DNA from: an uncultured Gammaproteobacteria bacterium
Lineage (GTDB): Bacteria; Patescibacteriota; Microgenomatia; Levybacterales; GWA1-39-11
Assembly: GCA_964406795.1 (NCBI GenBank)
Contig: CAYOTA010000001.1
Span: 77,081 to 141,080 of the forward strand
Reading direction: 5' to 3'
Length of the DNA stretch: 64,000 nt
This document shows positions 39,591 through 49,656 of the stretch, one piece after another. The translations under genes and the position numbers were made by a program. Below the pieces are notes generated by a model that was given only the letters and a program-made list of their open reading frames with translations, made no database searches and was not told where the DNA came from. Each line of letters starts with the position of its first letter. Position 1 is the stretch's first letter.

Positions 39591-39773
39591 ATGAACAAAA
39601 CAGAAAAAATTCCAGAGCTGCTAACCCTAAAGGAAACATGCGACCTTCTTAAGGTTCATGCCAATACGCTTAGACAGTGGGATAAAAAGGGTATCTTAGT
39701 TGCGGTACGTTTCGGCGCGCGAAAAGATCGAAAATATAACAAAGAAGATGTCTTAAGGTTACTAAAAGGGTAA
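39591..39773 (+). CDS. Excisionase-family (AlpA-like) HTH protein, 60 aa
   Basis: LLTLKETCDLLKVHANTLRQWDKKGILVAVRFG; 3-nt gap to the next gene. Confidence 0.65.
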   Translation: MNKTEKIPELLTLKETCDLLKVHANTLRQWDKKGILVAVRFGARKDRKYNKEDVLRLLKG

Positions 39774-39776
39774 ATT

Positions 39777-42700
39777 ATGGAAGATATTAATTGGAGTGCT
39801 TTTAAGGCGAAATTCGATGGAAAAGAACAAAAGTCGTTCGAGAGGCTCAGTTACCTCCTTTTTTGTGACGAGTTTAACAAACCATTAGGGTTGTTTCGAT
39901 ATAAAAACCAGGCTGGCATTGAAACAGAACCAGTTGAAGTTGACGGGAAAAATATTGGCTTCCAGGCAAAATTTTATGAAACATCTCTTGCTAGTAATAA
40001 AGCTGAAATAATAGACGCACTTAAGAAAGCAAAAGATAAAAACTCCGAACTTAATAAAGTTATTTTCTATACAAACCAGGAGTTTGCGGAAAGTAGCAAG
40101 AAAAACAAAAAAGAACCTGACTATAAAGTAGAGATTGAAAATTATGCCAAATCATTAGTTTTAGAAATTGAATGGAGAACTAAGAGTTATTTTGAGTCAT
40201 CTCATGTAAGTATTAAAAATAAAAACATTGCCCATCATTATTTTAGCCTTGAAAAAAGCACACTTGACTTAGTTACTGAATTAACTCAACACTCGGACTC
40301 AATCATCTCTCCAATACACTCATTAATTGAATTTAATAACCAAGAAATTAAAATACAACGTGCTGAGACTCTTGCATTTCTCATTAAAAAACTTAAGGAT
40401 TTTCCATTAGTTATTTTGAGTGGCGAAGGCGGATCAGGAAAAACAGCGATTATAAAAGACTTTTATGATGCGAAAAAGAATGAATCACCCATTTTTATAT
40501 TTAAGGCTACAGAGTTTAATATATCGAATATCAATTTGCTGTTTAAAAACTACGGGGAATTTACTCTAGCTAGCTTTAATGAAGAATTATCTGGATATTC
40601 TGAAAAATTTATTGTAATTGATTCTGCTGAAAAACTGTCAGACATAGAGGATACTCAAGCTTTTCAAGAATTTTTAACTACAACACTCAGCAATAAATGG
40701 AAAATAATCTTTACAACACGATATAACTACCTTGATGACTTGAAATTTCAACTTACCAACATTTATGGAAGAAACTTTCATTTAATTAATATTGAAAATC
40801 TTGATCAGAAAGCCCTTAGTGATTTAGCATCTAAGTATGGTTTTAAATTGCCTCAAAACGACAAGTTTATAGATCTGATAAAAAATCCATTTTATCTTAA
40901 TGAATATTTGCAAAATTACACGACTTTAGGTGAATCAACAAACCCTACTGAATTTAAAGAACTCATATGGAACAAGCAAATATTGGGAAATTTCCAAAGA
41001 AATAACACGCATATAAAAAGGGAGGAAGTATTTCTAAAAATCGCAGAAAAAAGGGCAAATGACACTTCATTCTTTGTAAATACAGCTGAATTCGACAGTG
41101 AAATTCTTCACAAGCTTGAATCAGATGAGTTAATCAAACATGATCCTCGCACGGGTGGGTATTTTATTACGCATGACATATACGAAGAGTGGGCGTTAAA
41201 CAAAATAATTGATAGAGAGTTTTATAAAAATGAAGACAAACTCGATTTCCTAAAATCCATCGGCATTTCATTACCAGTTCGTAGAGCCTTTAGAATTTGG
41301 CTTTCAGAAAAACTTGCTGTTAAACCAAAGGAAATAGAGTCTTTTATCGATACCGTAATAAAAACTAAAGAAATCGAACCTTTTTGGAAAGATGAATCAA
41401 TTATATCTGTCCTATTGTCAGACTATGCTCAAACATTTTTTGAATTGTATGAGCAGAAAATATTAGCCAATGATTACGAGCTATTGGTCAGAATTATTTT
41501 TCTCCTGAGAATCGCGTGTAAAGAAATTGATGAGACACTACTACATCTCTTGGGGCTACAGAAGACTGATGGTATTGCTTTAAAAACTATTTTCACAAAA
41601 CCAAAAGGTGCAGGATGGAATTGCGTTATAAGTCTAATATTTAAGCATAAAGAGGAACTTGGCTTGACCAAGATGTTTATCATTACGTCTTTGTTGGCTG
41701 ACTGGAATAGCAAGTTTAAGAGGGGTAATACCACAAAAAATGCGAGTCTAATTGCTCTCTATTTATATGAACAATTTATGGATCAAGGTGGCTATTGGTC
41801 TGGATCAAGAGATGACAAGAAGGAAGAAATAGTAAATGTTATTTTGCAAGGTTCCGCTGAGATTAAAGAAGAGTTAAAAAAAGTTTTTGATACTGTAATA
41901 GCTGAAAAACAAACAAGCCACAGAGATAAATACTACCCATTAGTTGAGGTAATGTTAGGATCAATCTCTAGTGCCGCGGAAATTACAATGAACTTACCAG
42001 AATATGTTATTAAAATAGCTGACTTATATTGGTATAGACCGCCTGTTAAAGAGCTTAATCCATACGAACATCATTCAATTGGCGTTGAACAACACTTCGG
42101 CTTAAGTGAGATGCATGACTTTAACTACTTCCCCCCTAGTGCGCTTCAAACACCAACATTTCTACTTTTAAGATACCATCCTCAACTTGCAGTAAATTTC
42201 ATATTGTCATTTACAAATAAGACAGCTGAATGTTATTCAAAATCAGAATTTGGAGACGAGGTTGAAGAGGTGGAAATTTTTTTCGATGAATCATCATCCA
42301 TAAAACAACTAATTAGTAATCGTTTATGGAATATGTACAGGGGTACTCAGGTTTCCACCAGTCTTTTAGAGTCAATACATATGGCACTTGAGAAATGGCT
42401 ACTCGAATTCGCCAAAATTGTATCTGGTGAGGTTTTAGAGAGTTGGTGCCTATATCTACTCAAGAATTCGAAGTCTGCATCGATTACAGCAGTAGTGACA
42501 AGTGTCGTTCTAGCTAACCCAGATAAATTAAGCAAAGTCGCCATTATTTTATTTAGGTCTAGAAAATTGTTTTTTTATGACACAGGTAGATATAGCTTAG
42601 ATCAAACTGCCAGTTTTCAGTATTCAATAGGGAGCGGTTTGGGTCATGGAGATATGTATAGAAACGAAAGAATTAAAACGTGTGAAGATCCACATAGGAA

Positions 42701-44513
42701 ACAATCATTAGAATATTTGGCAGTAAATTATCAATTTTTTAGATCTGATAAAGTTGATGAAAAAACAGCCGAAAACAGACTAAAAGAAGTTTGGGATGTT
42801 ATCGATAAACATTATTCCGAACTTCCTGATGAACAAAGTGAGACTTCAGAAGACAAGACGTGGAGGCTGTATCTTGCGAGAATGGATAAAAGGAAAATGA
42901 ATCCTAAGCTTGAAAGAAAAGATGGACAAGTACTAATAAAGTTTAATCCTAAGATTGAACCGAAGTTGAGGAAGTACAGTGAAGATTCTTTGAAGAAAGG
43001 TAATGAGGCCTCAAAATATGTCCAACTTAAACTTTGGTCTAGCTACAGATTTGAATACAAGAAAGAAGAATACGAAAAATATGAAAAGTATCAAGATAAT
43101 CCAACGCAGGTTATATCCGATGTAAAAAAGATTGTTAGTAAGATAAAAAGAAATAAAGATGATAACTTCTCACTGCTGAATAGAACAATTCCAGTATTTT
43201 CATGCGCTGTTTTAGTGCGAGACTATTTTGATCAATTAAGCCCTAAGGATAAAGAGTATTGTAAAAAAATCTTACTAGAGTTCGCTTTTCTTCCACTTAA
43301 TCCTCAATACCGCTTTCAAATTTCTGATGGAGTTGAACCAGCAATTGCAAGCCTTCCCTTATTAATAAAAAACTTTCCCTCTGATAGAACAGAGACAAAA
43401 GCTTTATTACTGATGCTTTTAGTTAGTTCGTGGGGACATATTGAAGTATTTGTTATCAAAGCGATATTACATCAACTATGGAAACTGAGCTTTAAAGATG
43501 CACAGTCCTTATTATTTGGCTATATTTTATTAAAACCTAAATACGATCTTCTTAGAGAAGAATTAAGAAAAGAAAGTTATAAGAATTATCATTATGAGGA
43601 TTTAGAACCTAAGTTAATGTTAGCGTTCACTCAAAAGTATGAGAAGGAAAGCGAATCTGTTGTTGTGGATGCGATTTCGTACAAGGACTTAGAACCTTTA
43701 GCAGATTTAGAAAACGATGTCTTGAATACAATATTTGAACTAATTCCTTTAAGAACTTCAGATGAAGAACACAAAAAAATAATTGGTCAATTATTTCCGA
43801 TTTTTTCTAAAAAAATGTTCAAAGAGCGTGATGGAGATAGCTATCAATTAAGGCAAAGGTTTTTTGAGAAGATGTCTTATTTTCTACTCACATCTAGTAA
43901 AGATGAGCTGCATACGCACTTAATCCCGTTCATTGAAAACTTCACCCTCTCGAGGGAAACGGCAGACTTTTTTCAAGCACTAGTATTTGCTGAAGATTCA
44001 CTAAATGAATATGAGAACTTTTGGACTATATGGAACAATTACTACGATAAACTAAAGGATGCTTGTCAGGCAGAAAGACCCAATTTTTATCTTAAAGAAA
44101 TTATTCGTAACTATCTACTTGCTGGGTCATTTTGGAAGGAAGAAGCGAAAGAGTGGCATTCTTTAAAAGATCGTGAAAAAAGCTTTTTTAGCAATGTTGC
44201 TAATGAAATGGGTAAGTTCCCGACGACCCTTTATTCCATTTCTAAACTTTTAAACGAAATTGGAAGCAAATTCTTAGATGATAGTATTTACTGGATAGCA
44301 ACTATCATAGATAAAAATCCTGAATTAACCTCTGCTGATTTGGATACCAATACCATTTATTATCTTGAAAATTTAATTAGAAAACACATTCTGGTAGACA
44401 GACAAAGTATTAAAAGAAACACTAAAGAAAAAAAGGCTGTTATTTCCATTCTTAACTTCCTTGTTGAGCATGGTTCTCCAACGGGTTATTTGCTAAGAGA
44501 GGATATTCTTTAA
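39777..44513 (+). CDS. Giant Mrr-like restriction-endonuclease domain + STAND/NACHT NTPase + ~1200-aa C-terminal helical region (Avs-like antiviral NTPase candidate)
   Basis: N-terminus FERLSYLL...AGIETEPVEVDGKNIGFQAKFY...VIFYTNQEF (Mrr_cat-like D...QxK); Walker A ILSGEGGSGKTAII; Walker B FIVIDSAEKL; NACHT TTR motif KIIFTTRYNY. Confidence 0.6.
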   Translation: MEDINWSAFKAKFDGKEQKSFERLSYLLFCDEFNKPLGLFRYKNQAGIETEPVEVDGKNIGFQAKFYETSLASNKAEIIDALKKAKDKNSELNKVIFYTNQEFAESSKKNKKEPDYKVEIENYAKSLVLEIEWRTKSYFESSHVSIKNKNIAHHYFSLEKSTLDLVTELTQHSDSIISPIHSLIEFNNQEIKIQRAETLAFLIKKLKDFPLVILSGEGGSGKTAIIKDFYDAKKNESPIFIFKATEFNISNINLLFKNYGEFTLASFNEELSGYSEKFIVIDSAEKLSDIEDTQAFQEFLTTTLSNKWKIIFTTRYNYLDDLKFQLTNIYGRNFHLINIENLDQKALSDLASKYGFKLPQNDKFIDLIKNPFYLNEYLQNYTTLGESTNPTEFKELIWNKQILGNFQRNNTHIKREEVFLKIAEKRANDTSFFVNTAEFDSEILHKLESDELIKHDPRTGGYFITHDIYEEWALNKIIDREFYKNEDKLDFLKSIGISLPVRRAFRIWLSEKLAVKPKEIESFIDTVIKTKEIEPFWKDESIISVLLSDYAQTFFELYEQKILANDYELLVRIIFLLRIACKEIDETLLHLLGLQKTDGIALKTIFTKPKGAGWNCVISLIFKHKEELGLTKMFIITSLLADWNSKFKRGNTTKNASLIALYLYEQFMDQGGYWSGSRDDKKEEIVNVILQGSAEIKEELKKVFDTVIAEKQTSHRDKYYPLVEVMLGSISSAAEITMNLPEYVIKIADLYWYRPPVKELNPYEHHSIGVEQHFGLSEMHDFNYFPPSALQTPTFLLLRYHPQLAVNFILSFTNKTAECYSKSEFGDEVEEVEIFFDESSSIKQLISNRLWNMYRGTQVSTSLLESIHMALEKWLLEFAKIVSGEVLESWCLYLLKNSKSASITAVVTSVVLANPDKLSKVAIILFRSRKLFFYDTGRYSLDQTASFQYSIGSGLGHGDMYRNERIKTCEDPHRKQSLEYLAVNYQFFRSDKVDEKTAENRLKEVWDVIDKHYSELPDEQSETSEDKTWRLYLARMDKRKMNPKLERKDGQVLIKFNPKIEPKLRKYSEDSLKKGNEASKYVQLKLWSSYRFEYKKEEYEKYEKYQDNPTQVISDVKKIVSKIKRNKDDNFSLLNRTIPVFSCAVLVRDYFDQLSPKDKEYCKKILLEFAFLPLNPQYRFQISDGVEPAIASLPLLIKNFPSDRTETKALLLMLLVSSWGHIEVFVIKAILHQLWKLSFKDAQSLLFGYILLKPKYDLLREELRKESYKNYHYEDLEPKLMLAFTQKYEKESESVVVDAISYKDLEPLADLENDVLNTIFELIPLRTSDEEHKKIIGQLFPIFSKKMFKERDGDSYQLRQRFFEKMSYFLLTSSKDELHTHLIPFIENFTLSRETADFFQALVFAEDSLNEYENFWTIWNNYYDKLKDACQAERPNFYLKEIIRNYLLAGSFWKEEAKEWHSLKDREKSFFSNVANEMGKFPTTLYSISKLLNEIGSKFLDDSIYWIATIIDKNPELTSADLDTNTIYYLENLIRKHILVDRQSIKRNTKEKKAVISILNFLVEHGSPTGYLLREDIL

Positions 44514-45817
44514 AAAAGCGATAAATTTTCATTTATCTTTATTTGATTTAGACCTGCAAGCAGCAGTGATATTAAATAATATCTTCTGTCCGGTTTTGCA
44601 TAAAGAATCATGTTTTGAAGGTACATTTTGGTTGTAGTGTCGTCTATTTCGCTAAATTTCATTGGATAAATTGAGAGTTTGATTGTGCTTTCGCTCATGC
44701 GGGCGTGAATATCCCATCGCATCCGTTCAAATCTGACTATCTCGTCCTGAATCTGCTCTGGAAAATTGATTTTTGAAACATCGACGGAATCAATGAGCTT
44801 AGTTATATCCCGGAAGACATCTTCTTCTAAGACATATTCAACCTTACATTTTTTATCTTTTTGACGACTACATCTGTAGTAAGTATGAAAATTCGATCTG
44901 CCGTTTTTAAGTTTCCGAATTTTACTCTGGCGGTGCACTGGCGACCCACAACGAGCGCATTTTAGAAATCTGGCTATCGAATACTTATCTCCACGGGCAT
45001 ATGTATTGCGGAATGGTCGGAGTTTTGCTTGAACCTGATCATATCGTTCTAGGGTGACGGTAGGTTCGTAAATTCCTTGATATTCAATACCCTTAATCAC
45101 AAATCTGCCAGCATAGAATTTGTTTCGGAGTATTCCATAAATAACACTCTGAGGAATGTGTTTTCCTTTGGCACTTCTTAAAGAAGTATTCTTATTGATC
45201 CATGCAATTACTTTTTTTACGGGTATTCCGTCCGCTACCTTCTGGAATAACTTTGAAATGGGTTCTCCTCGCTCTGGATCGATGGAGATTTTACGTACTC
45301 CACCAATCGTTTCACTGATATAGCCAATTGGCACTGGCCCCGGCCAATATCCGAGCTGGCACTGATTTCGTATCCCGCGCCGAATGTTTATGCTTCGATT
45401 ATCGTTCTCTAGCTTAGCTTGACTGCCAAGGATCATTAAGAGGAACTTCTCATTAGGATTGTCGGTAAAGGTCTGTGAGTACGTCACGATCATCTTAAGC
45501 TTCCCCTCGTCCATCAGATCGACCAAGATACCAAGGTCTCCAGCGTTCCTTGATAATCTGTCTGGCGACCATGTAATAATGCCGGAGTAAATACCTTGCT
45601 CGATTTCTTTAAGTAGTTTGTTAAAAGTTTCTCGTTGTCCGCATTTTTTAGCAGTGTGACTTTCCCGATAGATTTCGCCAATTTCAAGATTATCTCGTTG
45701 TGCTATCTTTTGCATTTCGTTTACCTGCGAGTCGATAGAGATTGCCTGTCTTTCGTCCGACTCCGATGATTTTCTGGCATAGAGGCAAAACCGTATGTGC
45801 GAATCTTGTTTTTCCAT
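44510..45817 (-). CDS. Large serine recombinase (more divergent paralog)
   Basis: YARKSSESDERQAISIDSQ catalytic region; zinc ribbon CARCG...YYRC. Confidence 0.9.
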   Translation of the reverse strand: MEKQDSHIRFCLYARKSSESDERQAISIDSQVNEMQKIAQRDNLEIGEIYRESHTAKKCGQRETFNKLLKEIEQGIYSGIITWSPDRLSRNAGDLGILVDLMDEGKLKMIVTYSQTFTDNPNEKFLLMILGSQAKLENDNRSINIRRGIRNQCQLGYWPGPVPIGYISETIGGVRKISIDPERGEPISKLFQKVADGIPVKKVIAWINKNTSLRSAKGKHIPQSVIYGILRNKFYAGRFVIKGIEYQGIYEPTVTLERYDQVQAKLRPFRNTYARGDKYSIARFLKCARCGSPVHRQSKIRKLKNGRSNFHTYYRCSRQKDKKCKVEYVLEEDVFRDITKLIDSVDVSKINFPEQIQDEIVRFERMRWDIHARMSESTIKLSIYPMKFSEIDDTTTKMYLQNMILYAKPDRRYYLISLLLAGLNQIKINENLSLF

Positions 45818-46004
45818 TCAACTCAACACATACCGGGAATATTTGAGGAATGCAAGCTAATTTTAGATAAATATATCAAAGTACATCATACCTAAATTGT
45901 GAGACACCCTTTTTTATAGTGTCCCATTTGTCTCATTTTTGATAGAATTAGCCTCGAAAGCTAATTGGGCTATAGGGATAAAAAGGGTCTAGACCGTACC
46001 CCAC

Positions 46005-46176
46005 AGCAAAGACGGGCACCCCTAGGTGACCGTATTCCCTATTTAGCTTGAAGGGGCTTGCTAAAAGCCCCTTCAAGACGGGAAACATTCGGACCGACAA
46101 AACACCCCCAAGTTCTCAATATTAGGCTAGGGTTCACATATGTCCTACTTAACCGGAGGAATTAGGATTCGAACAG
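46005..46176. repeat. Right copy of the ~170-bp degenerate direct repeat (att-like)
   Basis: See 19682..19856; contains perfect hairpin GAAGGGGC-TTGCTAAAA-GCCCCTTC. Confidence 0.55.
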
Positions 46177-46192
46177 TAGATTTGCAATCCGA

Positions 46193-47521
46193 TCAAATAA
46201 GCGGTACGGAGGTTACAGTTTCGTTGTGGATATAAAGCTGTCGGTTTAATATGTTCGTTACCTCCCGTTTTTCCTGCACGGTCCCGTTGCGAAATATGTA
46301 GTTTGCGTAATCCATAAAATGCACTGATTTGTTTTCGGGATTAATATCCTGCGCCCATAGAATTTCATCTCTCATTTTCTTATACGCTTCCATACTTTCC
46401 TTAATAAATTCCTTAAAAGTAAAGATCTGAGGATGTGCCATGTACATAAAGTTTAAGTATCGTAATATTTGTTTTATGAGCTTTTCTTCGGTCAGGTATG
46501 GCTCAGGACAGCCATACTTCTTTTGCCTTGTGCAATGATAATAAATATGATAAACAGAGGGTCTTGCTTTCCTCTTTCTGTATCTGTCTTCGCCGATAAC
46601 CAAGGATCCACAGCTTGCACATTTGAATAAATCTTTGAAGGTAAATGTTTTGCTTCCCCATTTTGCTTTTTTGAATGGAACCGCAAGTTGTTTCTGGACT
46701 TGATCAAATAGTTCTTTAGTAATTAATGGTTGATGAGAGCCCTTATACCAGTTTCCGCTACCGATTGGGTATTCAAATTCGCCATAGTAAAAGGGATTCT
46801 TTAGCATGAGGTAAATCTGACTTAACGTTACTCTCTTTCCTGCTCGTGTTGTAAGACAAGTATCTAGCCATTTCTTAAGCGTCCTTCCACTGTCACCATT
46901 CCTTGCGACACGTTCAAACATTTCAGTAACTATGTGACCTCTGTCGGGATCTACCACAATATCTTTTATTCCTGCCATAGCTCGGTTATAGTAACCAATT
47001 GGTGGCATGCCTGGTCTCCATCCCATGTTACACTTTGCTCGAATACCTCGCTTAACGTTAATTCCTTTTTGATCGTTCTCCAACTTTGCTTGAGAACACA
47101 AGATCATTAAGAGAAACTTTTCATTTGGATTATTAGAAAAACTTTGACTAAATGTTTTTATTTGCTGAAGTTTACCTTGGTCCATCAGATCTACAACCAT
47201 TCCTAAGTCTCCTGCATTACGGCTTAAACGATCAGGAGCCCAAGAAAGAATACCTGTAAACATTCCATTTCTAATATCCTCAAGTAACTTTCTAAAAACT
47301 GGTCGTTGTCCTGATTCTTTAGCCGAATGACTTTCTCGACGTATCTCTTTAATAAAGAATCCTTCTCTTTCTGCAAGTTCGCTCATTTCTTTAACTTGTG
47401 AGTCAATAGACATTGCTTGTCGCTCATCATCTTCGCTGGATTTCCTTGCATACAAACAATACTCAATAATATGGATTTGTATAGATGGAGTAACTCTTAA
47501 AGGCTCGCTGTATTTATCCAT
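46193..47521 (-). CDS. Large serine recombinase
   Basis: Same architecture and high identity to the CDS at 20632..21969. Confidence 0.9.
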   Translation of the reverse strand: MDKYSEPLRVTPSIQIHIIEYCLYARKSSEDDERQAMSIDSQVKEMSELAEREGFFIKEIRRESHSAKESGQRPVFRKLLEDIRNGMFTGILSWAPDRLSRNAGDLGMVVDLMDQGKLQQIKTFSQSFSNNPNEKFLLMILCSQAKLENDQKGINVKRGIRAKCNMGWRPGMPPIGYYNRAMAGIKDIVVDPDRGHIVTEMFERVARNGDSGRTLKKWLDTCLTTRAGKRVTLSQIYLMLKNPFYYGEFEYPIGSGNWYKGSHQPLITKELFDQVQKQLAVPFKKAKWGSKTFTFKDLFKCASCGSLVIGEDRYRKRKARPSVYHIYYHCTRQKKYGCPEPYLTEEKLIKQILRYLNFMYMAHPQIFTFKEFIKESMEAYKKMRDEILWAQDINPENKSVHFMDYANYIFRNGTVQEKREVTNILNRQLYIHNETVTSVPLI

Positions 47522-47588
47522 AGTTGTGGTAGAAGGTACCGCAACTATTCTTTGAAGTCCAGACGCAGAATGCTATAGGCAAATCTTA

Positions 47589-48755
47589 TCAATTATGAGT
47601 TTTTACAAGCATAGTAACACCTAGCGCCGTTCCATCAAATGTTTTTTGCTTTCTCACTGAAATCTTTGATACTTCAGATTGTTTTGAAACTAAAAAGTCG
47701 CTTCTAGTAACACCACCATCTAAGATCAGCTCATTTGGCTTTATTGGAAGTTGTTTTAAATAGGTATCGACATCTATGGTTAAATCAGTAAGAAATTTTT
47801 GTAACTCTACTGGTTTATTAAGTAAAGGCTCGACTTGTTTTCCTCCACGAGCGATTTTTGCCTCTATCGCATAAATCGGCTTATCTGTATATCCAGCAAT
47901 TGTTGTGAAAAATGGCTCTCTGATCTTGAACTGTGAACCGATGATCTGCATAATAAACGTTCCTGTTCCATAGGTTATTTTTGTTGTTCCTTCCTCTATA
48001 CCGGCCGCATACATACTTGCCTGCTGGTCTCCTGCTACCGCCAAGACTGGCAAGCTAAAGCCCAGTATCTCTTTTTTAAGATTGCCAAAAAGAGAGGATG
48101 GAGGCTTAACTGATGGGAGAACACCAGCGGGAACCTGAAATAACGCAAGAAGCTCTCTATCCCACTCAAGTGTTTGAATATCAAAAAGAAGCGTCCTGGC
48201 GGCATTCGTATAATCTGTGATATGCGGCTTGCTCTCAAGTAAATTCCATAAAATCCAAGTGTCAACAGTGCCAAAAAGTAACGTGTCTTGTTTGAGGAGT
48301 CCTTTTGCCTCTTTTACATTTTCCAAAATCCAATTGATCTTTGTCGCTGAGAAATAGGTGTCGATTTTTAAGCCTGTCTTTTCCTGCACTTGCTTGCCAT
48401 ATTTCTTCTGCAACTCATCACACAATGCTTTTGTTCTAGTGTCTTCCCATACAATAGCAGGATAGATACTCTTTCCCGTAGTTTTATCCCACAAAATAGT
48501 TGTTTCTCTTTGATTGGTAATGCCTAATCCTAAAAATGACGCAGCGGGAATCTTGCTTTCCGCTATAACTTTCTGCAAGACTTCTTTTGATGCTTCAATA
48601 AGCTCTTGCGGATCCTGTTCAACCCACCCCTCAGGTGTCACAGATTTCTCAAGTGCTTTATATATTCGAGAGACAATATTGAACTTATCATCAAAAACCA
48701 GTGCTTTAACGCCTGTTGTTCCAATATCGAGAACGAGAATATGATTTTTAGCCAT
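47589..48755 (-). CDS. FGGY-family carbohydrate kinase (glycerol kinase-like, short). Start trimmed to ATG at 48755, which gives an 8-nt overlap with gpsA.
   Basis: ILVLDIGTTGVKALVFD...GITNQRETTILWDKTTGK FGGY N-domain. Confidence 0.65.
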   Translation of the reverse strand: MAKNHILVLDIGTTGVKALVFDDKFNIVSRIYKALEKSVTPEGWVEQDPQELIEASKEVLQKVIAESKIPAASFLGLGITNQRETTILWDKTTGKSIYPAIVWEDTRTKALCDELQKKYGKQVQEKTGLKIDTYFSATKINWILENVKEAKGLLKQDTLLFGTVDTWILWNLLESKPHITDYTNAARTLLFDIQTLEWDRELLALFQVPAGVLPSVKPPSSLFGNLKKEILGFSLPVLAVAGDQQASMYAAGIEEGTTKITYGTGTFIMQIIGSQFKIREPFFTTIAGYTDKPIYAIEAKIARGGKQVEPLLNKPVELQKFLTDLTIDVDTYLKQLPIKPNELILDGGVTRSDFLVSKQSEVSKISVRKQKTFDGTALGVTMLVKTHN

Positions 48756-49638
48756 GTGTTGTAAATACCTTTCTGAAGGCAGTTTTTGCATCCTTATGTT
48801 CAAGGACAACCTCGGAAATTGCATGTAATAAAATGAATCTTTCCAAGGTATCAATTCTTTTTATAAACACAGGTAACGCTACTAATCCTTCGCTTTTTTT
48901 ATCAGTATTGCCATGTTTTCCCAAATCAAAACCCACCTGTCTGTTGCTGGAGTATTGGCTAAAGCCGGTTGCTATAAAATCCCCAATTCCAGCAGTACTA
49001 AAAACAGTTTCTTTTCTTCCTCCAAGACTGGTAACTATCTCTACCATTTCTTTTACTGCTAAATTTGTGAGCCAGCCTTTGGCATTATTTCCGTAGCCTA
49101 ATCCCTCAGCTATCCCCAGAGAAATAGCATAGATATTTTTTAACACACCACAGAGCGCAACACCACGAATATCATCAGTAAATTCTAAATACAGACTGGT
49201 ATCAGCAAAAACGTTTCTTAACTCATCAAAAACTTGGGAATTTTTTGCTCCAACAGCGCCAACACCAATCATATCTGCTTTTAATTCTTCAGCTAACATC
49301 GGTCCACCTAAAATCGCGTATTGGGCTGACAGAGAAAACAATCCTTCTAGTAGCTCGTCAATAGTTTTTCCGCTTTTTTCCTCGATTCCTTTCGAAACCG
49401 AAACGATAATGCTATCTTTTTTTAAATAGCCAGTGATGGCAGCTGCAACTTCACGAATAGCCCATGAAGGAATACAAAGAAAGATAATGTCAGATGAAGG
49501 AATAATAGACTCTAGCGATTTTTGGCTTGGCGCTTTACTGGAATTCCGATCCCACACTTCAATAGTAAAACCCTTGGGAGAAAGTAATTTGTGAATGGCT
49601 TGTCCAATTTCACCAGTGCCAATAATTGTTATAAACAT
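48748..49638 (-). CDS. gpsA: NAD(P)H-dependent glycerol-3-phosphate dehydrogenase
   Basis: N-terminal Rossmann IIGTGEIGQA; overall GpsA layout. Confidence 0.75.
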   Translation of the reverse strand: MFITIIGTGEIGQAIHKLLSPKGFTIEVWDRNSSKAPSQKSLESIIPSSDIIFLCIPSWAIREVAAAITGYLKKDSIIVSVSKGIEEKSGKTIDELLEGLFSLSAQYAILGGPMLAEELKADMIGVGAVGAKNSQVFDELRNVFADTSLYLEFTDDIRGVALCGVLKNIYAISLGIAEGLGYGNNAKGWLTNLAVKEMVEIVTSLGGRKETVFSTAGIGDFIATGFSQYSSNRQVGFDLGKHGNTDKKSEGLVALPVFIKRIDTLERFILLHAISEVVLEHKDAKTAFRKVFTTHG

Positions 49639-49656
49639 ACTGTGATTGCAAGATTT

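Noticed and set aside
47589-48854. 100-nt overlap between the FGGY kinase and gpsA in the ORF track
   Set aside because: An internal Met (MAKNHILVLDIGTTG) is the conserved FGGY N-terminus. Using it reduces the overlap to 8 nt.
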